Positions 30,351 through 40,817 of a DNA stretch of 64,000 nucleotides are shown here, in pieces. The position numbers and the translations under genes are program-made. This stretch comes from an uncultured Actinomycetota bacterium (GTDB taxonomy: Bacteria > Actinomycetota > Actinomycetes > JAHEKZ01). The DNA is taken from the NCBI GenBank assembly GCA_963829525.1, contig CAWHIJ010000003.1:1152001-1216000 (forward strand), read 5' to 3'. Each line of letters starts with the position of its first letter. Within the stretch, counting starts at the first letter, position 1. The notes under the pieces are model-generated. The model worked only from the letters and a program-made list of their open reading frames with translations, did not search any database and was not told the DNA's origin.

Positions 30351-30400
30351 CGTCAAGAACACGTCAGGATTCAGGAGCCGGCGTAAAGGGGGCATCAAGA
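30351..30400 (+). promoter_or_regulatory. Putative KdpE-binding direct repeats
   Basis: CGTCAAGA/CGTCAGGA and CGTAAAGG/CATCAAGA, each pair 11 bp apart as for OmpR-family sites. Confidence 0.6.
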
Positions 30401-30466
30401 CGGTCGCCGGGTACACGCGAGACCGCGTAGACAAGGGTCAGTGCTTCGACGACAAGGGATCTAGTC

Positions 30467-30550
30467 ATGGCGGGCCTGACCTACCTCGGCGCAACAGTCT
30501 GCCTCTTCGCTTTGATCTGGCTCACGTTGAAGGGGATCGAACGACTGTGA
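30467..30550 (+). CDS. 27-aa hydrophobic peptide upstream of kdpF
   Basis: [27 protein letters not shown]; AAGGGA RBS; GTGA overlap with kdpF. Confidence 0.72.
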   Translation: MAGLTYLGATVCLFALIWLTLKGIERL

Positions 30551-30636
30551 GCCTCGGCGAAGCCATCGGCTTGGCCGTGGCACTCCTTCTTGTTGGCTAC
30601 TTGGTGCTGGCCCTGCTCTTTCCGGAGCGCTTCTGA
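30547..30636 (+). CDS. kdpF: K+-transporting ATPase subunit F
   Basis: 29 aa ending [12 protein letters not shown]. Confidence 0.9.
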   Translation: MSLGEAIGLAVALLLVGYLVLALLFPERF

Positions 30637-32300
30637 TGTCCAGCACCACGCCATTTCTGCTTACCGTGAGCGTGCTGGCCCTGGCCCTTGGCTTGAGCTA
30701 TCGGCCTTTTGGCGACTACCTGGCGCGCATATACACCTCAAGTCGCCACCTCCCAGTCGAGCGCTCGGTCTACCGCATCATCGGCGTCGATCCGGATGCG
30801 GACCAGCGCTGGCCGGTCTATGCGCGGTGCCTCGTGGCTTTCTCCTTGGTCTCGGTCCTCTTCGTCTTCCTGCTCCAGCGGGTTCAGCAGTGGCTCCCCT
30901 TCTCGAACGACTTCCCGCCGATCCCGTCTGATCAGGCGTTCAACACTGCGATCTCGTTTGTCACCAACACAAACTGGCAGTCGTACTCGGGTGAGTCGGC
31001 AATGGGCTACCTGGTCCAGGCCAGCGGGTTGGCCGTGCAGAACTTCCTCAGCGCAGCAGTCGGGATGGCGGTCGCCGTCGCGCTGATCAGGGGGTTGTCC
31101 CGTCAGGACACCGAGCGACTGGGCAACTTCTGGACCGACCTCGTGCGAACGGTCTTCCGGGTGCTGCTCCCGGTGGCATTCGTCGCTGCAGTCGTTCTGC
31201 TGGCCGGTGGGGTGGTGCAGAACCTGCACGCGCCGGACACGATCACCACATTGGCTGGGCAGACTCAGACTGTGCCCGGCGGGCTGGTCGCCTCGCAGGA
31301 GGCGATCAAGGAGTTCGGCACGAATGGTGGAGGCTTCTACAACGCGAACTCTGCACACCCATTCGAGAATCCCAATCCTGTCACCAACCTGATCGAGATC
31401 TACCTCCTCCTGTTGATCCCGTTCAGCTTGACCCGTGCTTTCGGGCGCATGGTCGGCAGCCTGCGCCACGGTTACGCGCTGCTCGCGGCGATGATGGTGC
31501 TCTTCATCGGCTCGCTGGTCCTCACCGCTTGGGCTGAGGCAGCGCATGGTGGGGTGGCCTTGCAGTCGGCAGGGGCGGCCATGGAAGGCAAGGAGACGCG
31601 CTTCGGGGTCCTCTCGTCTGCGCTGTTCGGTGTGTCCACCACGATGACGTCTACCGGTGCGGTCAACTCTTTCCACTCCTCGTACACGCCGTTCGGCGGC
31701 GGCATGGTGACCTTTGACATGCTGCTAGGGGAGATCAGCCCAGGCGGCGTCGGCAGCGGGCTCTACGGGATGCTTGTGATTGCCATCCTCACGGTCTTCA
31801 TTGCGGGCTTGATGGTCGGACGGACGCCGGAGTATCTCGGCAAGAAGATTGGTCCGCGCGAGATGAAACTGGTCTCCCTCTACATCCTGACCGTGCCACT
31901 GCTCGTGCTCCTCGGCACCGGGCTGGCCATGGCTCTGCCCCAAGCACGAGATTCCCTCCTCAATGGTGGGCCACACGGGCTTACCGAAGTGCTCTATGCC
32001 TTCACATCTGCAGGGAACAACAACGGCAGTGCCTTCGCCGGGCTCAATGCCAACACCACCTTCTTCAACACAGCGCTCGGTATCGCTATGGCACTGGGTC
32101 GCTTCATCCCGATGGTGCTGGTCCTGGGGCTGGCCGGATCGCTGGCGCAGCAGCGCCGTGCGCCGGAGACCGAGGGAACACTTCCGGCCCACGGGCCGCA
32201 GTTCGTCGTACTCGTCGTCGGCGTCGCTCTCATCGTCGCCGCGCTCACCTACTTCCCCGCCCTGGCGCTGGGGCCGCTGGCCGAAGGGCTTTCGTCATGA
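30636..32300 (+). CDS. kdpA: K+-transporting ATPase subunit A
   Basis: [24 protein letters not shown]. Confidence 0.97.
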   Translation: MSSTTPFLLTVSVLALALGLSYRPFGDYLARIYTSSRHLPVERSVYRIIGVDPDADQRWPVYARCLVAFSLVSVLFVFLLQRVQQWLPFSNDFPPIPSDQAFNTAISFVTNTNWQSYSGESAMGYLVQASGLAVQNFLSAAVGMAVAVALIRGLSRQDTERLGNFWTDLVRTVFRVLLPVAFVAAVVLLAGGVVQNLHAPDTITTLAGQTQTVPGGLVASQEAIKEFGTNGGGFYNANSAHPFENPNPVTNLIEIYLLLLIPFSLTRAFGRMVGSLRHGYALLAAMMVLFIGSLVLTAWAEAAHGGVALQSAGAAMEGKETRFGVLSSALFGVSTTMTSTGAVNSFHSSYTPFGGGMVTFDMLLGEISPGGVGSGLYGMLVIAILTVFIAGLMVGRTPEYLGKKIGPREMKLVSLYILTVPLLVLLGTGLAMALPQARDSLLNGGPHGLTEVLYAFTSAGNNNGSAFAGLNANTTFFNTALGIAMALGRFIPMVLVLGLAGSLAQQRRAPETEGTLPAHGPQFVVLVVGVALIVAALTYFPALALGPLAEGLSS

Positions 32301-34366
32301 GTACCGCCACCGCCACAAGCTCGGACGCGGGCCGTGCCCTCTTCCATCCCGCGCAGCTGCTCCTATCGGTACCGGATGCCGTACGCAAGCTCAGTCCGCG
32401 TCAGATGGTCCGCAATCCCGTCATGTTCGTCGTACTGGTTGGGGCCGCGGGTTCGACGATGGTGGCTGTCGATGATCCGACTGTTTTCGCCTGGACGGTC
32501 ACGGGATGGTTGTGGCTCACCGTCATCTTTGCGAACCTGGCCGAGGCTCTTGCCGAGGGACGCGGTCGGGCGCAGGCGGCGACACTTCGGAAGGCACGCA
32601 CCGACACCACGGCCCGACGCCTGGTTGACGGCGGGGGAGATGAGCTGGTGCCAGCCACCGAACTCACGATTGGTGATCGGGTGCTGGTGGAGGCCGGTGA
32701 GGTCATCCCCGGAGATGGCGACGTCATCGAAGGTGTGGCGAGTGTGGACGAGTCGGCAATCACCGGCGAATCGGCTCCGGTCATCAGGGAGTCAGGGGGC
32801 GACCGCAGCGCCGTCACCGGCGGTACCCGGGTGCTGTCGGACCACATCGTGGTCGAGATCACCTCCAGGCCCGGCGAGACGTTCATCGACCGCATGATCG
32901 CCCTGGTCGAAGGTGCCTCGCGACAGAAGACACCTAACGAAATCGCCCTCAACATTCTGCTCGCGAGTCTCACGATCGTCTTTCTGCTCGCGGTCGTCTC
33001 GCTGCAGCCACTTGCCGTGTACTCGGGTGAGCGACAGTCGATGATCGTGCTCCTCGCTCTTCTGGTGTGCCTCATTCCCACCACCATCGGTGCGTTGCTG
33101 TCGGCCATTGGGATCGCGGGCATGGACAGACTGGTGCAACGGAATGTGCTCGCCATGTCAGGAAGAGCTGTCGAGGCGGCGGGTGACGTTGACACCTTGC
33201 TTCTCGACAAGACCGGAACCATCACCCTGGGGAACCGGCAGGCGGCTGAGCTCATCCCGATGCCCGGGATCACGCCGGAAGCCCTCGCCGACGCCGCCCA
33301 ACTGTCGAGCCTCGCCGACGAGACTCCCGAGGGCCGCTCCATCGTCGTGCTCGCGAAACGCGAGTTCGGGTTCCGGGCACGCCAGAAAGGTGAGCTGGGA
33401 CACGCGACCTTCGTCCCCTTCACGGCCCAGACCCGCATGAGCGGAGTCGACCTCGACGAGGGCGGCAGCCAGCGCCAGATCCGCAAGGGGGCGGCGGCAG
33501 CCGTGCTCAGCTGGGTTCGCGACCGGGAGGACCGCGTGCCGCCCGAGGTCGGTACCGCAGTCGATGCAGTGTCGGTCTCCGGGGGTACGCCTCTTGTCGT
33601 CGCCGAGGCCGGTGTTTCCGGGGCCAAGGTCCTGGGCGTTATCCACCTGAAGGACGTGGTGAAGGAAGGAATGCGCGAGCGGTTCGACGAGCTGCGGCGC
33701 ATGGGCATCCGGACGGTGATGATCACCGGGGACAACCCGCTGACGGCTCGGGCCATCGCCGAGGAGGCGGGCGTCGACGACTTCCTGGCCGAAGCCACGC
33801 CGGAGGACAAGATGGCGTTGATCCGGCAGGAGCAGGCGGGTGGACGACTCGTGGCGATGACCGGGGACGGCACGAACGACGCACCGGCGCTAGCTCAGGC
33901 CGATGTTGGTGTCGCCATGAACAGCGGGACGTCGGCGGCGAAAGAGGCCGGAAACATGGTCGACCTTGACTCCAATCCGACGAAGCTCATTGAAATCATT
34001 GAGATTGGTAAGCAGCTGCTAATCACGCGCGGAGCTCTCACGACGTTCTCCATTGCCAACGACGTCGCGAAGTACTTCGCGATCATCCCGGCGATGTTCG
34101 CCGCTACCTACCCGGGCCTGAACACGCTCAATATCATGCACTTGTCGTCGCCGGAGTCGGCGATCCTGTCCGCGGTTGTCTTCAACGCACTGATCATCAT
34201 CGCCCTCGTTCCGCTGGCTCTTCGAGGAGTGCGATACCGGCCACAGTCGGCGTCGAAGATGCTGAGTCGCAATCTCCTTGTGTATGGCCTCGGCGGCCTG
34301 ATCGCCCCGTTCATCGGCATCAAGCTCATCGATGTGTTCGTCTCACTCATCCCCGGGATCGGCTGA
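32297..34366 (+). CDS. kdpB: K+-transporting ATPase subunit B
   Basis: [20 protein letters not shown]. Confidence 0.97.
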   Translation: MSTATATSSDAGRALFHPAQLLLSVPDAVRKLSPRQMVRNPVMFVVLVGAAGSTMVAVDDPTVFAWTVTGWLWLTVIFANLAEALAEGRGRAQAATLRKARTDTTARRLVDGGGDELVPATELTIGDRVLVEAGEVIPGDGDVIEGVASVDESAITGESAPVIRESGGDRSAVTGGTRVLSDHIVVEITSRPGETFIDRMIALVEGASRQKTPNEIALNILLASLTIVFLLAVVSLQPLAVYSGERQSMIVLLALLVCLIPTTIGALLSAIGIAGMDRLVQRNVLAMSGRAVEAAGDVDTLLLDKTGTITLGNRQAAELIPMPGITPEALADAAQLSSLADETPEGRSIVVLAKREFGFRARQKGELGHATFVPFTAQTRMSGVDLDEGGSQRQIRKGAAAAVLSWVRDREDRVPPEVGTAVDAVSVSGGTPLVVAEAGVSGAKVLGVIHLKDVVKEGMRERFDELRRMGIRTVMITGDNPLTARAIAEEAGVDDFLAEATPEDKMALIRQEQAGGRLVAMTGDGTNDAPALAQADVGVAMNSGTSAAKEAGNMVDLDSNPTKLIEIIEIGKQLLITRGALTTFSIANDVAKYFAIIPAMFAATYPGLNTLNIMHLSSPESAILSAVVFNALIIIALVPLALRGVRYRPQSASKMLSRNLLVYGLGGLIAPFIGIKLIDVFVSLIPGIG

Positions 34367-34367
34367 C

Positions 34368-34949
34368 ATGTCACACGCCCTGCGTTACTTCACCGTGTCG
34401 GTGCGCACGCTGCTGTTGATGACCATCGTGCTTGGTGTGGCCTACCCCCTTGCTGTCTGGGGAGTCGGCCAAGTTGCCTTCCGCTCTCAAGCTAATGGCT
34501 CCATGGTGCAGCAGAACGGCCTGGCCGTCGGGTCGTCACTGATCGGGCAGAACTTTGACGGACCCGAATGGTTCCACTCGCGTCCGTCGGCCGCTGGTGG
34601 TGGATATGACGCGATGAGCTCGGGGGCGTCGAACCTGGGGCCGACAAGTCCGACGCTTCTCCGTCTCGTAGAGAAGCGTCGGGTTCAGGCGGCCGAGGAG
34701 AACGGGGTAGAGCCCGACCGGATCCCACCCGAGGCGCTCACCGCCAGCGGCAGCGGCCTCGACCCCCACATCTCCCCTGAGTACGCGGCGCTCCAGGTGG
34801 AACGTGTGGCGCGCGTTCGCGGTCTCGATACCGACCAGGTTCGCACCCTGGTGGACCAGAACACAGAAGGCCGCGTCCTCGGCTTTCTTGGTGAGCCCCG
34901 AGTGAACGTCCTCGAACTCAACCTCGCCCTCGAGAATCTTCAGAACTAG
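34368..34949 (+). CDS. kdpC: K+-transporting ATPase subunit C
   Basis: GSSLIGQ, SGSGLDPHIS, VNVLELN. Confidence 0.96.
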   Translation: MSHALRYFTVSVRTLLLMTIVLGVAYPLAVWGVGQVAFRSQANGSMVQQNGLAVGSSLIGQNFDGPEWFHSRPSAAGGGYDAMSSGASNLGPTSPTLLRLVEKRRVQAAEENGVEPDRIPPEALTASGSGLDPHISPEYAALQVERVARVRGLDTDQVRTLVDQNTEGRVLGFLGEPRVNVLELNLALENLQN

Positions 34950-34965
34950 CTGAGAGAATGATCCC

Positions 34966-37497
34966 GTGACGCGCGGACGGCTGAGGGTCTACCTGGGTGC
35001 GGCCCCGGGTGTGGGCAAGACGTTCGCGATGCTCGACGAAGGGCGGCGCCGATCCGATCGCGGAACCGATGTCGTCATCGGGTTCGTCGAGGACCACGGA
35101 CGCCAGAAGACCCGGGAGAAGACTCTCGGACTGGAGGTGGTGCCCCGCAGAACAGTCGAGTACCGAGGCGTCACGTTCGAGGAGATGGATCTCGATGCCG
35201 TGCTGGCGCGCAGACCGGCAGTCGCCTTGGTCGACGAGCTGGCGCACACGAATGTGCCGGGCGTGAGCAACGACAAGAGGTGGCAGGACGTCGACGTGCT
35301 CCTGGACGCGGGCATCGATGTGGTCACCACGGTCAACATCCAGCATTTGGAGTCACTCAACGACGTCGTGGAGTCGATCACCGGGATCGGGCAGCGAGAG
35401 ACCGTTCCTGACGAGGTGGTGCGTCGGGCCGATCAGATCGAGCTGGTCGACATGTCCCCGGAGGCCCTACGCCGCCGTATGGTCCACGGCAACGTCTACC
35501 CCACGGAGCGCATCGACGCCGCGCTGACGAACTACTTCCGGCTCGGCAACCTCTCGGCACTGCGCGAGCTGGCGCTGCTGTGGGTGGCGGACCGCGTCGA
35601 CGAGGGCCTCGACCGCTACCGCCAACAACACGGAATCGAGACGCCGTGGCCGGCACGGGATCGGATCGTCGTTGCCCTCACGGGGGGTCCCGAGGGGGAC
35701 GCCCTGATTCGCCGAGGGGCGCGCATAGCCGGTCGTAGCGCGGGTCGCGACCTGCTTGCGGTGCATGTCAATCGTGGCGACGGAATGTCTGCGAACCAGC
35801 CTCAGGCGCTGGAGCGACAGCGCGGTCTGGTGGAGAGCCTCGGAGGCACCTACCACTCCGTGGTCGGTGAAGATGTTGCCGAGGCGCTGCTCGACTTCGC
35901 ACGTGGGGTCAACGCCAGCCAGCTCGTGATCGGGGCGAGTCGTCGAGGTCGTTTCGCAAGCATGGTGCAGCCGTGGACGGGGGAGGCGGTAGTCCGCGGC
36001 TCCGGGGACATCGACGTTCATGTGGTCACGCACGATCACGGCAACGGACGCGCAGTGCAACGGGGTCGACGGGGGTTGTCGCTCAGTCGTCGGCGAGCGG
36101 GGTGGGCGCTCGCGGTGCTGTCCCCCTGGGCGCTGACCGGTCTGCTGCTCGTCGTTGGTGGCGATCTCGGTCTGGAGACGGATCTCCTGCTCTTCCTTGC
36201 CCTGACGGTGAGCATTGCCCTGGTCGGTGGCTTGTGGCCCGCGCTCTTCGGGGCAGTCCTCTCCAGCCTGCTGCTCAACTTCTTCTTCACCTCACCGACT
36301 GGCACTTTGACCATCGCCGAGGCAGAGAACGCGCTCGGACTACTGGTCTTCGTCGTCGTGGCCAGTGCCGTGGCCGTGGTGGTAGACGGCTCCGCCCGCC
36401 GAGCCACGGCGGCGACCCGGGCGCAGGCTGAGGCGCAGGTGCTGTCCACGCTCACCGGAGACATCGTCAGATCGGACACCGGAATCTCAGCGTTGTTGGA
36501 CCGTCTGCGGGAGTCGTTCAGTCAGGACTCCGTCGCGCTCGTGGAGCGTGGCGACTCCCGGGCTCCGTGGTCGGCTGCCGCTAGCGTCGGCCTGAATCCG
36601 CCAGCCGGTCCGAAGGATGCCGACACCACGGTTCCCATCGACGAGAACATGGCACTCGTCCTTCGTGGCCGGCCACTGAATGCCAACGATCGTCGAGTGC
36701 TTGACGCCTTCGCGGCGCACACCGTCGCCCTGCTAAACCGCGACAGGCTGCAGGCTCAGGCCCAGAAGGCCGAGCACCTCGCCGAGGTGGACGAGCTCCG
36801 CAATGCGATCCTCGCCGCCGTGTCCCACGATGTCCGCACCCCGTTGTCGGCTATCAAGGCAGGGATCAGCAGTCTGCGGCAGCAGGATGTCGACTGGAGC
36901 CAGGACGAGCGGGACGAGCTCATGTTGACGGTCGAGGATGGCGCCGACCGATTGGACGCCCTCTTGACCAACCTTCTGGACCTGAGCCGGCTGCAGTCCG
37001 GGGCAGTACGACCCCGAGCAGACGAGGTCGCAGTCGTCGATGCCGTGGCCCGGGCCGCCTCGACCCTCCCTGCGGCGGCCTTGGTCATCGACATCCCCGA
37101 CGATCTCCCGGCAGTCGTTGCCGATGCCGGCCTATTGGAGCGCGTGCTCGCGAACGTTCTCGAGAATGCAGCCCGCCACAACCTGCCGGGAACTCCCGTG
37201 CGTGTCCTGGCTTTCGCCTCCGACGACGGTGTACGTGTGTTGATAGCCGACTCCGGCCCGGGCGTTCCGGACTCCGACAAGCAGCGGATGTTCGACGCCT
37301 TCCAGCGGCTCGGCGACTCGCCGCAAGGGAGTGGAATAGGGCTGGGGCTCGCGGTGGCGCGAGGGCTCGCGCGTGCGCAGCAGGGGACGCTTGAGGCAGA
37401 GGACACCCCAGGTGGGGGCCTCACCATGGTCTTGACCCTCCCGGCCGCTGCCCCTGGGTCGACCGAGGCGCATTCGATGGCCGGGGTCGCTCCGTGA
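34966..37497 (+). CDS. kdpD: Sensor histidine kinase KdpD
   Basis: GAAPGVGKT, DELAHTN, USP domain, 4 TM, SHDVRTP. Confidence 0.96.
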   Translation: MTRGRLRVYLGAAPGVGKTFAMLDEGRRRSDRGTDVVIGFVEDHGRQKTREKTLGLEVVPRRTVEYRGVTFEEMDLDAVLARRPAVALVDELAHTNVPGVSNDKRWQDVDVLLDAGIDVVTTVNIQHLESLNDVVESITGIGQRETVPDEVVRRADQIELVDMSPEALRRRMVHGNVYPTERIDAALTNYFRLGNLSALRELALLWVADRVDEGLDRYRQQHGIETPWPARDRIVVALTGGPEGDALIRRGARIAGRSAGRDLLAVHVNRGDGMSANQPQALERQRGLVESLGGTYHSVVGEDVAEALLDFARGVNASQLVIGASRRGRFASMVQPWTGEAVVRGSGDIDVHVVTHDHGNGRAVQRGRRGLSLSRRRAGWALAVLSPWALTGLLLVVGGDLGLETDLLLFLALTVSIALVGGLWPALFGAVLSSLLLNFFFTSPTGTLTIAEAENALGLLVFVVVASAVAVVVDGSARRATAATRAQAEAQVLSTLTGDIVRSDTGISALLDRLRESFSQDSVALVERGDSRAPWSAAASVGLNPPAGPKDADTTVPIDENMALVLRGRPLNANDRRVLDAFAAHTVALLNRDRLQAQAQKAEHLAEVDELRNAILAAVSHDVRTPLSAIKAGISSLRQQDVDWSQDERDELMLTVEDGADRLDALLTNLLDLSRLQSGAVRPRADEVAVVDAVARAASTLPAAALVIDIPDDLPAVVADAGLLERVLANVLENAARHNLPGTPVRVLAFASDDGVRVLIADSGPGVPDSDKQRMFDAFQRLGDSPQGSGIGLGLAVARGLARAQQGTLEAEDTPGGGLTMVLTLPAAAPGSTEAHSMAGVAP

Positions 37498-38198
37498 GCG
37501 GGGACCGGGTTCTGGTCGTCGAGGACGATGCCAACCTGGCCCGCGCCCTGGCCATCAACCTGCGTGCCCGCGGCTACACGGTGGACCTCGCATCGAATGG
37601 GACGTCTGCTCTGCACCTGGCTTCGCACCGAAGTCCCGATGTCGTCGTCCTCGACCTCGGGCTCCCGGATATGGACGGAACCGAGGTCATTGCGGGAGTA
37701 CGGGGGTGGTCCAAGATGCCGATCATCGTCCTGTCGGCCCGACAGACGTCTCACGACAAGGTGGATGCGCTCGATGCCGGGGCAGACGACTACGTGACCA
37801 AACCCTTCGCGATGGACGAGCTGCTTGCGCGCCTCCGCGCGGCGATCCGGCGATCCGGCGTTGAAGGCTCAGAAACCGTGGCGGTGACCACTCCAGACTT
37901 CAGTGTGGACCTGGCGACGCACCAAGTGACCAGGGACGGCCGCGTCGTCAAGTTGACTCCCAGGGAGTGGGGCATGCTCGAGACTCTCGTGCGCAATAGC
38001 GGCCGCCTCGTCAGCCAGCAGCAGCTGCTCCTGGCCGTATGGGGGCCCGGATACGACACCGAGACGCACTACCTGCGCGTGTACATGGCGCAGTTGAGAC
38101 GCAAGCTGGAGCCCGATCCAGCACGTCCGGTCTATCTGATCACTGAGCCCGGGATGGGATACCGATTTGTGGAGCCAGTACCGGACGCCTCCAACTGA
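37494..38198 (+). CDS. kdpE: Response regulator KdpE
   Basis: LDLGLPD, HYLRVYMAQLRRKLE. Confidence 0.95.
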   Translation: MSGDRVLVVEDDANLARALAINLRARGYTVDLASNGTSALHLASHRSPDVVVLDLGLPDMDGTEVIAGVRGWSKMPIIVLSARQTSHDKVDALDAGADDYVTKPFAMDELLARLRAAIRRSGVEGSETVAVTTPDFSVDLATHQVTRDGRVVKLTPREWGMLETLVRNSGRLVSQQQLLLAVWGPGYDTETHYLRVYMAQLRRKLEPDPARPVYLITEPGMGYRFVEPVPDASN

Positions 38199-38206
38199 GC
38201 GCCTCT

Positions 38207-38602
38207 CTACTGGCCCTCCGACAAATCTCTGGTTGCACCCGGAGATTGTGGTCCCACCGAGCAACTCGACGAGCGGGTCACGAAGTGGCGCTCGTCGCCC
38301 GCGGCGAGTGAGAAGCCTTCAGGCGGACCGTTGGCGACGTCAAGCAGGAACTGGTCATGACCCCATGCCTTGTCGAGCTGGGCATCGATGTAGAACGGGC
38401 AGCCGTCGATCACACCGAGTAGTACGTCGCCGTCCCCAACCAGAAACTCACCGTCGGGATAGCACATCGGTGTGCTGCCAGCGCAGCAGCCGCCGGACTG
38501 GACAAACATCACTGGGCCCCCGATGGCGGCGCGCAGGCCAACGATGGAACTGCGCGCCGCCGGGGTGGCAGTGATGCGGACCGGCTCAATCGTCTGGGCC
38601 AT
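38207..38602 (-). CDS. DUF779 protein
   Basis: QSGGCCAGSTPMCY; follows aldehyde dehydrogenase as is typical. Confidence 0.9.
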   Translation of the reverse strand: MAQTIEPVRITATPAARSSIVGLRAAIGGPVMFVQSGGCCAGSTPMCYPDGEFLVGDGDVLLGVIDGCPFYIDAQLDKAWGHDQFLLDVANGPPEGFSLAAGDERHFVTRSSSCSVGPQSPGATRDLSEGQ

Positions 38603-38609
38603 CTTGGTC

Positions 38610-40130
38610 TCAGAAGAGTCCGAGCGGCTTCGTGCTGTAGCTGACGAGCAGGTTCTTCGTCTGGCTGTAGTGGTCGAGCATCATGCGGTGGTTCTCCCGA
38701 CCAATGCCGGAGATCTTGTAGCCGCCGAATGCCGCGCCCGCTGGGTACTCGTGGTAGCAGTTGGTCCACACCCGACCTGCTTTGATCTTGCGACCCATCG
38801 TGTAGGCGCGGGAGCCGTCACGTGTCCACACTCCGGCACCGAGGCCGTAGAGGGTGTCATTGGCGATCTCGAGTGCCTCGGCGTCGTCCTTGAAGGTGGT
38901 GACGGCGAGGACGGGCCCGAAGATCTCCTCCTGGAACACGCGCATCTTGTTGTGCCCCTTCAGCACGGTTGGCTGGAAGTAGTACCCGTCGGCGAACTCG
39001 CTGTCGACGTTGGCACGCTCGCCGCCGATGAGTACCTCAGCGCCTTCGTTGCGGCCGATCTCGACGTAGGAGGCGATCTTCTCCAGCTGCTGGGCAGATA
39101 CCTGGGCGCCAAGCTGGGTAGCGGTGTCGAGCGGATTGCCCTGCTTGATTGCTTCGATGCGGCCCAGGGCACGCGCCATGAACTCGTCGTAGATGTCCTG
39201 CTGGATGAGTGCCCTTGACGGAGCCGTGCACACCTCGCCCTTGTTGAAGGCATAGAGCACGAGGCCTTCGACGGCCTTGTCGAGGAAGTCGTCATCGTGA
39301 GCCATCACGTCACTGAAGAAGATGTTCGGCGACTTACCACCGAGTTCAACGGTGGACGGGATGAGGTTCTGTGCGGCGTACTGCATGATCAGCCTGCCGG
39401 TCACAGTCTCACCCGTGAAACCGATCTTGGCGATTCGTGGGTTCGTCGCGAGTGCTTTGCCGATCTCAGCGCCAGGGCCGTTGACGACGTTGATGACACC
39501 GGGCGGCAGGACGTCCTCGATAACCTCCATGAGCTTGAGGATCGACCACGGAGTCGGAGAGGCAGGCTTCATGACCGAGCAGTTGCCGGCGGCGAGTGCG
39601 GGTGCAAGCTTCCAGGCCGCCATCAGCAGCGGGAAGTTGAACGGGATGATCTGGCCGACTACACCTAGGGGCTCGCGGAAATGGTAAGCGACGAGGTCCT
39701 TGTTGATCTCGGTCGAACGACCCTCCTCGGAACGTGCGGCAGCGGCGAAGTACCGGAAGTGATCTACCACCAGCGGAAGGTCGGCGCCCAGAGTCTCACG
39801 GACCGGCTTGCCGTTCTCCCAGCTCTCTGCGACTGCGAGCATTTCCTTGTTGGCGTCGATCGCGTCCGCGATTGCATTGAGCACTGCGGCCCGCTCTGTC
39901 GAAGAGGCTTCACCCCACGCATCTCTTGCTGCGTGTGCGGCGTCGAGTGCCAACTCAATGTCAGCGGGCGTTGACTGGGCGATCTCGGCGATCGGGCGAC
40001 CGGTAGCCGGGCTCAGGTTCACTCGGTACTTCCCGTCCATCGGGGCGAGCCACTTTCCCCCGATGAAGTTGTCATAGCGTGGGTTGACAGTGACGATGCT
40101 TTCCGGTTGACCGGGGGCGGCGTACTTCAT
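38610..40130 (-). CDS. Aldehyde dehydrogenase (AldB/ExaC type)
   Basis: [26 protein letters not shown]. Confidence 0.94.
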   Translation of the reverse strand: MKYAAPGQPESIVTVNPRYDNFIGGKWLAPMDGKYRVNLSPATGRPIAEIAQSTPADIELALDAAHAARDAWGEASSTERAAVLNAIADAIDANKEMLAVAESWENGKPVRETLGADLPLVVDHFRYFAAAARSEEGRSTEINKDLVAYHFREPLGVVGQIIPFNFPLLMAAWKLAPALAAGNCSVMKPASPTPWSILKLMEVIEDVLPPGVINVVNGPGAEIGKALATNPRIAKIGFTGETVTGRLIMQYAAQNLIPSTVELGGKSPNIFFSDVMAHDDDFLDKAVEGLVLYAFNKGEVCTAPSRALIQQDIYDEFMARALGRIEAIKQGNPLDTATQLGAQVSAQQLEKIASYVEIGRNEGAEVLIGGERANVDSEFADGYYFQPTVLKGHNKMRVFQEEIFGPVLAVTTFKDDAEALEIANDTLYGLGAGVWTRDGSRAYTMGRKIKAGRVWTNCYHEYPAGAAFGGYKISGIGRENHRMMLDHYSQTKNLLVSYSTKPLGLF

Positions 40131-40256
40131 GACGTTCTCCCTTGTTCCAAGTGGAATTGGGCCTCGTCGAAGACGGGGCGACCCCCGCGAATTCTCCATC
40201 GGTAGCGGCACGGGGCGCCTAACTGCCACTTAACGGCACCATCGAGCCGGTCGTCA

Positions 40257-40270
40257 GAGGCGAACGTCCC
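40257..40270. promoter_or_regulatory. DosR/OsdR-like box upstream of aldehyde dehydrogenase
   Basis: GGGACGTTCGCCTC on minus strand. Confidence 0.5.
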
Positions 40271-40300
40271 CTCTGCGTCGGAAGTGCTAAGGGCTCGTCG

Positions 40301-40756
40301 TCAGGAGTTCGTTCCCTGGAACAGTGAGGACAGATCGAGGGATGGGACGTGGCGGCGGGAGGCCAAGGAGACGTACTGACGGGCGAGGGCATCCTTGCCC
40401 GCGCCGAGGACAGTACTGAGCAGGCCGATGGCCTCGGCCAGATCGGCGGGTGGCTCCGCGAGGACCACGCGTCGCCACATCGCTTCCTCGAGCGCGTTGA
40501 ACGCTGTCTGGACCTCCGAGACGTCGAACCCGGCATCGAAGCGCTCAATGGCGACTTGCTGGGAGTAGGCGACAACCGACGACAGGTCCCGGTCCCGGAT
40601 GGCACTCACCACGAGGGTGAAGAGGTCCGCGAGCCGTTGCCGGGTGAGCTGCTCACCTGCGCGCTCGTAGTGCGTGACGTGTGAGCGCTGAAGTGCCGAG
40701 AACGCCTCGTCGAGGACCTGTGGCTCGGCCTTCAGCAGGATGGTGTCAAGGTCCAC
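40301..40756 (-). CDS. Helical hypothetical protein, RsbRD N-terminal / non-haem globin-like
   Basis: GGAGG RBS; AIERFDAGFDVSEVQTAFNALEEAMW pattern. Confidence 0.65.
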   Translation of the reverse strand: MDLDTILLKAEPQVLDEAFSALQRSHVTHYERAGEQLTRQRLADLFTLVVSAIRDRDLSSVVAYSQQVAIERFDAGFDVSEVQTAFNALEEAMWRRVVLAEPPADLAEAIGLLSTVLGAGKDALARQYVSLASRRHVPSLDLSSLFQGTNS

Positions 40757-40817
40757 GGTGCTGCACCTCCAGGGGGTTACGGCGATCGTCCCACAAACAG
40801 GCCCGGCTGCCTCGACG

